Shown piece by piece: positions 59,336 through 64,000 of a stretch of DNA of 64,000 bases. Within the stretch, counting starts at the first letter, position 1. Every line of letters begins with the position of its first letter. Made by a program: the position numbers and the translations under genes. Under the pieces are notes generated by a model, which worked only from the letters and a program-made list of their open reading frames with translations, did not search any database and had not been told where the DNA came from. Where the stretch lies: IMG/VR virus record IMGVR_UViG_3300013110_000406; one strand, written 5' to 3'. The stretch comes from an uncultured virus (IMG/VR IMGVR_UViG_3300013110_000406) (taxonomy: Duplodnaviria > Heunggongvirae > Uroviricota > Caudoviricetes).

Positions 59336-59511
59336 TTTATACAGTTATTTATACAGATTACAAAAACGATTTGAAGTCCGAGGTAACGGATGGTCCGATG
59401 GACCGACCCGAAGCCTGGAAGGAAATGAAACGAGAATACGGCACAGTGCTGGCAATGGTGCCTGGGAGTCATCCCGTGTATACCAGCGGCTCAATGGAGC
59501 GAAAAGATTAG
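59332..59511 (+). CDS. 59-aa hypothetical protein (not in ORF track)
   Basis: MIYTVIYTDYKNDLKSEV...VPGSHPVY; ATGA overlap, SD GGAG. Confidence 0.55.
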   Translation: MIYTVIYTDYKNDLKSEVTDGPMDRPEAWKEMKREYGTVLAMVPGSHPVYTSGSMERKD

Positions 59512-59571
59512 GAGACTGCTTACAGAGCATAAACAGTAAAGCTGGACGCTCAAAACATTAACCCCTATCCT

Positions 59572-59647
59572 GCGCCGGTAGCTCAGGGGTTAGAGCGTTG
59601 TTCTTATAAAGCAAATGTCGGTGGTTCAAGTCCACCCCGGCGTACCA
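59572..59647 (+). tRNA. tRNA-Ile (TAT)
   Basis: GCGCCGG/CCGGCGT acceptor, TTGTT-CT-TAT-AA-AGCAA anticodon arm, GGTTCAAGT, A73, CCA. Confidence 0.93.
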
Positions 59648-59675
59648 TTTTTTTATGACGAGGATATATACTAAT

Positions 59676-59864
59676 ATGAGCCATCACTATGGAGAATACT
59701 GGTCAAGCTGGAGCCACCAGCCTGCCACACCTAAAGAGCCTGAACTGCTTGAAGAGATTAAAACATTTCTTTTGACTCTCCATGAGAGTGATAAAGCTGC
59801 GGAGTTACTCCAAAAAATAGAGGCGGAAGCCGCCAAAGCGAATAAGCCTAAAACTGATTTTTAA
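59676..59864 (+). CDS. Hypothetical protein
   Basis: Short ORF after tRNA; TAATG coupling to next gene. Confidence 0.5.
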   Translation: MSHHYGEYWSSWSHQPATPKEPELLEEIKTFLLTLHESDKAAELLQKIEAEAAKANKPKTDF

Positions 59865-60088
59865 TGTTACCAGAGATTGACTGGCTTGAACACCAAATAG
59901 CGCAACTGCGAGAGCGGTGCGATCAGCTTGAGAAAGAAAACTTTGAGCTTAAGCGATGCATTGGCCGAGCTATCACAAACCTGGAACGAGATAATCAGCA
60001 GACCCGAGAATACATTGAGAAAGAAGAAACGAAAATCGTAGCGTTCGCCCCCAACTTCAAGAAGCCGAAGTGGGAAACGCAAGATTAA
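59864..60088 (+). CDS. Hypothetical coiled-coil protein
   Basis: 74 aa, heptad pattern. Confidence 0.5.
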   Translation: MLPEIDWLEHQIAQLRERCDQLEKENFELKRCIGRAITNLERDNQQTREYIEKEETKIVAFAPNFKKPKWETQD

Positions 60089-60099
60089 CCTTTCAATTT

Positions 60100-60175
60100 G
60101 GGTCCATAGCTCAATAGGTAGAGCATCGGACTTTTAATCCGCAGGTCGTGGGTTCGATTCCCACTGGACCCACCA
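60100..60175 (+). tRNA. tRNA-Lys (TTT)
   Basis: GGGTCCA/TGGACCC acceptor, CT-TTT-AA loop, GGTTCGATT, CCA. Confidence 0.96.
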
Positions 60176-60193
60176 TTTTTTTAAGAGAGAACA

Positions 60194-60370
60194 ATGAAAC
60201 AAGAACACTATATTATTCAAGAATATAATCGCAAGACTCAAAAATATACGACGATAGGTGAAGCTCAAGGGCTCACTGCCGACGCTGCCAAACTCAAGTT
60301 TATTGAGCAGACCAACTGGAAGCCGCGCCGCAACATTATCCTTTTCGTCCAGCACCCCCTCTGTCGTTGA
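60194..60370 (+). CDS. 58-aa hypothetical protein (not in ORF track)
   Basis: MKQEHYIIQEYNRK...VQHPLCR; fills gap between tRNA and next promoter. Confidence 0.55.
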   Translation: MKQEHYIIQEYNRKTQKYTTIGEAQGLTADAAKLKFIEQTNWKPRRNIILFVQHPLCR

Positions 60371-60421
60371 CATTTACTTGACAACTTTGGGGTGGACAAG
60401 TGGCTTGCCCTATGCTATATT
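60367..60421 (+). promoter_or_regulatory. Sigma70 promoter with upstream TTGACA repeats
   Basis: TTGACA 60367, TTGACA 60378, TGGACA(60393)-N17-TATATT. Confidence 0.7.
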
Positions 60422-60427
60422 GTATGT

Positions 60428-60517
60428 ATGATCAGCAAATGGCTATGGATTCCGATTCTTCTGGTATACGGTTTCATCTTTGGAGCCAGCTACCTTCTAA
60501 CCTCGTGGATGGTCTAA
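60428..60517 (+). CDS. 29-aa membrane peptide, apparently leaderless
   Basis: MISKWLWIPILLVYGFIFGASYLLTSWMV; 6-nt spacer between -10 box and ATG. Confidence 0.55.
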   Translation: MISKWLWIPILLVYGFIFGASYLLTSWMV

Positions 60518-60714
60518 TGAGCCCAGGCAACCTTGTAATGATTAAGCGTGCTGCTATCGGCGTGCCTGCTGGCACCCTCGCACTATGCTTGAAGCGCGAC
60601 GAGAAGCGCGGAGATTATGACGAAGGCCATGAGATTTGGACAGTCCAGCTTATGCATGGGCAGCTACGGGGCATTGAGCGCCGGTATCTTGATATTGATT
60701 TGGAGATATTGTGA
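60517..60714 (+). CDS. Small GDLV-family protein
   Basis: MSPGNLV...WTVQL...DLEIL. Confidence 0.6.
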   Translation: MSPGNLVMIKRAAIGVPAGTLALCLKRDEKRGDYDEGHEIWTVQLMHGQLRGIERRYLDIDLEIL

Positions 60715-60914
60715 AAGTCGGTGACTTGGTAAAGAGCGCAGATCGTTTAGTTGGCAATCGGAATCGCATGCGCCTGGGAGTGATCGTAGAGGTAGACCCC
60801 GATAAAGCCGATCAACCGGGTTGTTTCGGGAGTTGTTTTATCCAGTGGATAGGCGATGCAGATTGGACATTCGTGTACGAAGAAGATATTGAGGTAATCA
60901 ATGAAGGTCGGTGA
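60711..60914 (+). CDS. Small GDLV-family (SH3/KOW-like) protein
   Basis: MKVGDLVK...LGVIVEV...IQW...DIEVINEGR. Confidence 0.75.
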   Translation: MKVGDLVKSADRLVGNRNRMRLGVIVEVDPDKADQPGCFGSCFIQWIGDADWTFVYEEDIEVINEGR

Positions 60915-61089
60915 TTTAGTAAGAAACCTTAACTCGGAAAGCGGTCTGCTTGGCGTTATTGTTTACTGGACAGATACCAAATGGCCCGACAACAATCAAT
61001 GTACGAACCATCCAGTCGTACACTGGAACGACGGGCGCACAAGTTGGATTATGGCGCATCGTGTGGAGATTATAAATGCAAATCGGTGA
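60901..61089 (+). CDS. Small GDLV-family protein
   Basis: MKVGDLVR...LGVIV...VHW...VEIINANR. Confidence 0.75.
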   Translation: MKVGDLVRNLNSESGLLGVIVYWTDTKWPDNNQCTNHPVVHWNDGRTSWIMAHRVEIINANR

Positions 61090-61300
61090 CATTGTAAGGG
61101 TACATTGGGGCGCATGCGACTGGTCCGGCACGGAAGGTGTTGACTGGGGATATGGCGTTGGCGTTGTGACGGGCGATATTGTGTGGTGGGAGAACACACG
61201 GCGTCTTGTGTCTCCGTGCGGCGACGTAGAGATTCTATTTCGCGGCGAGCGCGTAAACTATAACCTTGGTCGGCTGGAGATTGTAAATGAAAGTCGGTGA
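61076..61300 (+). CDS. Small GDLV-family protein
   Basis: MQIGDIVR...VGVV...LEIVNESR. Confidence 0.75.
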   Translation: MQIGDIVRVHWGACDWSGTEGVDWGYGVGVVTGDIVWWENTRRLVSPCGDVEILFRGERVNYNLGRLEIVNESR

Positions 61301-61469
61301 CTTGGTGAGATATAAAGATTCACTCCGCGATGACGTGGGAGTTGTAATGAAAATACAAACCGAGGGATCGTGTTCAATCTTTGGTCACACAGTGATCGTA
61401 CAGACAACCGATGGGATTTGCCGTCAATATACCGAAAAGAATCTGGAGATTTTAAATGCAAGTCGGTGA
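61287..61469 (+). CDS. Small GDLV-family protein
   Basis: MKVGDLVR...VGVVM...LEILNASR. Confidence 0.75.
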   Translation: MKVGDLVRYKDSLRDDVGVVMKIQTEGSCSIFGHTVIVQTTDGICRQYTEKNLEILNASR

Positions 61470-61644
61470 CTTGGTAAAGATTGTGCAGTCAGCAATAGAT
61501 CCGCTCAAGACTCCATTTTTGGAACAGGTCGGTGTGATTGTTAGAAAGACTACACTTGAATCAGAACAAAACGATTGGTATGATGTATTAACGCGGGATA
61601 GGATTCACTCATTCCGCGCAGACTATTTGGAGAAGATAAAATGA
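61456..61644 (+). CDS. Small GDLV-family protein
   Basis: MQVGDLVK...VGVIV...WYDVL...LEKI. Confidence 0.75.
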   Translation: MQVGDLVKIVQSAIDPLKTPFLEQVGVIVRKTTLESEQNDWYDVLTRDRIHSFRADYLEKIK

Positions 61645-61904
61645 AAGCAGGAGATTTAGTAACACTTTCGGCGTATGCGAATGGGCTTCAAGCCCTCCAG
61701 CGGTGGTCAGACCGCTTCCGCCAATACCATAAAAAGCAGCCCCTGGTGGGATTGGTGATTAAAATCTCCCCGTCTCGGTGGGCGTGGGAAGGGATGCAGT
61801 ATGAAGTACGATGGATGGAGCCGCATGGGCCGAAAGGTCGGGAGGGTAACTACGGCGTACACACATTCAACCGCAAAGATTTGAAGTTTGTGAGTCGAGG
61901 ATAG
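61641..61904 (+). CDS. Small GDLV-family protein
   Basis: MKAGDLV...VGLVI...YEVRW...DLKFVS. Confidence 0.75.
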   Translation: MKAGDLVTLSAYANGLQALQRWSDRFRQYHKKQPLVGLVIKISPSRWAWEGMQYEVRWMEPHGPKGREGNYGVHTFNRKDLKFVSRG

Positions 61905-62281
61905 TGGAAAATCTCACTCCAGAAAATTTTTTCCTGGTATTCCAGGTATTTATCAAAGTTTTAGTTATATGGAGTCCCGTATTGTTTGGGACGTGGCTTT
62001 ATATGTATTACACGCGCCCTAAAAAGCGCACAACCCAACGCAACAAAGGAAAGAAGATAATGAGAGCAGGCGAAGTATTTGAATGGCTGGATCAGGGACC
62101 AGCGGTATTGTTGGCACCATGTAAGATTGCCGATCCTATTCCCGTAGAAAAGAAGACCGAGTTTCTAAAAGATCCCGAAGGATTCTTGAAGGCATGGCCC
62201 AGCGAACAAGGCTGGACTATTAAACTTCTGGAAAGCGGCGACATCATCGACGTGCATGAAGACACGTTGACATACTCTTGA
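61904..62281 (+). CDS. Membrane helix fused in frame to a MRAGEV module (possible internal start at 62060)
   Basis: Hydrophobic N-terminus, basic linker, then AAAGGA..ATG MRAGEVF. Confidence 0.55.
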   Translation: MENLTPENFFLVFQVFIKVLVIWSPVLFGTWLYMYYTRPKKRTTQRNKGKKIMRAGEVFEWLDQGPAVLLAPCKIADPIPVEKKTEFLKDPEGFLKAWPSEQGWTIKLLESGDIIDVHEDTLTYS

Positions 62282-62321
62282 CAAGATTAACCTTGACTTA
62301 CCGTCGCTGGCATGGTATATT
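62267..62321 (+). promoter_or_regulatory. Sigma70 promoter with upstream TTGACA repeats
   Basis: TTGACA 62267, TTGACA 62278, TTGACT(62293)-N17-TATATT. Confidence 0.8.
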
Positions 62322-62327
62322 ATTAGC

Positions 62328-62459
62328 ATGAAAACGAAGAAAGTACCCAAGGCTCGTAACTGGCTCGCTGTCCATGCGTGGAATCGCAAGGGTGGAGCTA
62401 TCCCTAACAAGAAGAAAGTTATGAATAAGAAGGCATGCAGGAAGAAGGTGCGAGCATGA
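62328..62459 (+). CDS. 43-aa very basic peptide, apparently leaderless (not in ORF track)
   Basis: MKTKKVPKARNWLAVHAWNRKGGAIPNKKKVMNKKACRKKVRA. Confidence 0.65.
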   Translation: MKTKKVPKARNWLAVHAWNRKGGAIPNKKKVMNKKACRKKVRA

Positions 62460-62656
62460 GCAAATATGATTATGTTCCGTTTTTTGAGCGCGGCGATCTG
62501 GTAGAGATCAGCTTTGGCTATGGAGCTAAGAGCCTGGGCCTTTTTATGCATTATGAAGGATGGGCTGACGATCTTCGCGCTAAGGTTTTTTGGGATGGTC
62601 AAGACCTTTCCACTCCGGTCGTGCAACTTACACTAATCAAGAGAGCAGCAGAATGA
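62456..62656 (+). CDS. Small GDLV-family protein
   Basis: FERGDLVEI...LGLF...KVFW...LTLI. Confidence 0.65.
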   Translation: MSKYDYVPFFERGDLVEISFGYGAKSLGLFMHYEGWADDLRAKVFWDGQDLSTPVVQLTLIKRAAE

Positions 62657-62952
62657 ATATCTGGGTATTTATGGGACGCTGCGAAGGGGATCTATTCGCC
62701 ACCACACACCTAACGGAGAAAGGCGCAGTCCTGGCGGCACTGGCGGATATTCTGGAATATCTGGGAATCGACAGCGACGAAGATGCGCGATCTAACCCCG
62801 AAGATGCCGATGCCCTCTTGCCCTGGGATTACGACGAGCTTAAAACATTTCCCACCACGCAGCTATGGGAAGTCTACGCAGGATATCGTGAACATTTGTG
62901 GGATGATTTTTCGTATGAGATTGACATTCATCAGACACAGGTGACAGGATGA
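62653..62952 (+). CDS. Hypothetical acidic protein
   Basis: ATGA overlaps on both sides. Confidence 0.6.
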   Translation: MNIWVFMGRCEGDLFATTHLTEKGAVLAALADILEYLGIDSDEDARSNPEDADALLPWDYDELKTFPTTQLWEVYAGYREHLWDDFSYEIDIHQTQVTG

Positions 62953-63236
62953 AACTGGTTAGAGATAACATTCCCAAGATCATTAATGACTCGGGACGCG
63001 AATGTAAATATCATAAAGCTGACGAAGCTGAACATATAGCACGCCTCAAGGATAAAATGGAGGAGGAGCTAACAGAGTTTATGCTTGAGCCATCTTGTGA
63101 AGAAGCAGCCGACATGCTGGAAGTGGTGCGCGGTTTGTGTCACATTCACGGCATTGATTTTATGGATGCGCTGGATGCAGCCAACAATAAACATGCTCGA
63201 CGTGGTGGCTTCGATGGAGGGATCGTATTGTGGTAA
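62949..63236 (+). CDS. MazG-like/all-alpha NTP pyrophosphohydrolase
   Basis: KLVRDNIPKII..SG, KMEEELTEF, EEAADMLEV, K..RRGGF. Confidence 0.85.
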   Translation: MKLVRDNIPKIINDSGRECKYHKADEAEHIARLKDKMEEELTEFMLEPSCEEAADMLEVVRGLCHIHGIDFMDALDAANNKHARRGGFDGGIVLW

Positions 63237-63451
63237 AAGATACACTGCTGCAAGTCGGTGACTTGATAAGACATAAAACTTTGGGACACACCGGGTTGAT
63301 TCTTCAAAGCGATCCGCGTTCCCTATGCAGTGAAATGATCCCAAGCTATTTTTTGATTGTGTGGAGCGATTGGCCTCGACTGCCCCAAGCAGATAACCAG
63401 ACGTGGGCACTTGCAGATGATATAGAGGTGATTAATGCTGCAAGTAGGTGA
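63230..63451 (+). CDS. Small GDLV-family protein
   Basis: LQVGDLIR...GLIL...IVW...DIEVINAASR. Confidence 0.7.
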   Translation: MVKDTLLQVGDLIRHKTLGHTGLILQSDPRSLCSEMIPSYFLIVWSDWPRLPQADNQTWALADDIEVINAASR

Positions 63452-63683
63452 TATCGTTAAGTTTTTTGACTATGACTATGCCGCATTTCACCGCGATACG
63501 TCTGGTGAATGTTGGCGCATCGGTGTTGTGTCGGAGATCCGTCACGAGGTGTGGGATGAAGATTGGGATCCCGCATGTCTTCCGCTTGTCGTTGTCGTTC
63601 ACGACGGACACAGCCAACCCCTCGTGATGCCAAACGAAAAAAATATCGGAACCTGGGTGGAGCTTATAAGTGCCCGTAAGTGA
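63435..63683 (+). CDS. Small GDLV-family protein
   Basis: MLQVGDIVK...IGVV...VELIS. Confidence 0.7.
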   Translation: MLQVGDIVKFFDYDYAAFHRDTSGECWRIGVVSEIRHEVWDEDWDPACLPLVVVVHDGHSQPLVMPNEKNIGTWVELISARK

Positions 63684-63687
63684 TCGA

Positions 63688-63762
63688 ATGTGGGTTATTG
63701 TTTCATTGGCGTTGGCCGTGACGGTGTGGTATTATGTGCGCTTCGGGGGAGGGGCATTATGA
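63688..63762 (+). CDS. 24-aa hydrophobic peptide
   Basis: MWVIVSLALAVTVWYYVRFGGGAL; ATGA overlap with next gene. Confidence 0.4.
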   Translation: MWVIVSLALAVTVWYYVRFGGGAL

Positions 63763-63968
63763 AGGTCGGTGATTTGGTGCGACAGCGCGACGTTGGCATG
63801 CCTCGGCAGAATCGGAGAGTGGGCGTGGTGCGCGAGATCCGAAAGAAGGATCACGCACGCTGGAAGGGTGATGGCTGGGATTCAGTCAGAGTATATTGGG
63901 GCGACAACCAGCGCATGAACGAGCGGTGGACTGTGCGCGGGTCATTAGAAGTTATTGATGGCGCTTGA
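63759..63968 (+). CDS. Small GDLV-family protein
   Basis: MKVGDLVR...VGVVREI...VRVYW...LEVI. Confidence 0.75.
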   Translation: MKVGDLVRQRDVGMPRQNRRVGVVREIRKKDHARWKGDGWDSVRVYWGDNQRMNERWTVRGSLEVIDGA

Positions 63969-64000
63969 CATTCTCTTTACAACATTAACCTTGACTACAC

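Larger units (their letters stand above)
60702..61660 (+). repeat. Recurrent ~30-bp gene-junction repeat GAG(A/G)T-N3-AATG(A/C)AAGTCGGTGA(C/T)TT(G/A)GT
   Basis: Copies near 60702, 60891, 61065, 61276, 61446; weaker at 61629, 63250, 63425, 63759. Confidence 0.8.

Noticed and set aside
59510..59571. Possible small RNA upstream of tRNA-Ile
   Set aside because: Only short weak pairings (GAGC/GCTC); cannot be distinguished from a tRNA leader
60702..61660. Junction repeats as a CRISPR array or integron attC sites
   Set aside because: Repeats are degenerate, protein-coding, non-palindromic and about 170-210 nt apart; no cas or integrase gene seen
1..64000. Alternative genetic code / stop-codon reassignment
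   Set aside because: Known genes are full length in the standard code, TAA/TAG/TGA all end genes, and no suppressor tRNA is present

Overview
64 kb of a large tailed dsDNA bacteriophage with myovirus (T4-like) morphogenesis. Essentially all genes are on the + strand. 1-18.6 kb is structural: 3' part of the gp23-type major capsid gene, neck, tail terminator, sheath, tube, a chaperone pair with a candidate +1/-2 frameshift, tape measure and baseplate. 18.6-40 kb covers replication and metabolism: a compact family-A polymerase, a divergent tubulin/FtsZ-like protein, gp32-type SSB, two adenine methylases, RecA, a 5'-3' exonuclease, DnaB helicase, class II RNR, GroES, an amidase, DnaE, ClpP, a J-domain protein, thioredoxin and IMPDH/GMPR. 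40-56 kb holds GroEL, a second ClpP, a serine protease, a fibre protein, and scattered genes preceded by an ACTA(T/C)TTA motif that may encode packaged head proteins, including a nucleotidyltransferase. 56-64 kb is an accessory region with three tRNAs (Leu-TAA, Ile-TAT, Lys-TTT), a candidate ~155-nt structured ncRNA, sigma70-type promoters with a fixed upstream TTGACA repeat, and a tandem array of small 'MKVGDLV' paralogs joined by a conserved dual-coding DNA junction. All calls come from reading motifs by eye; no database search was run.
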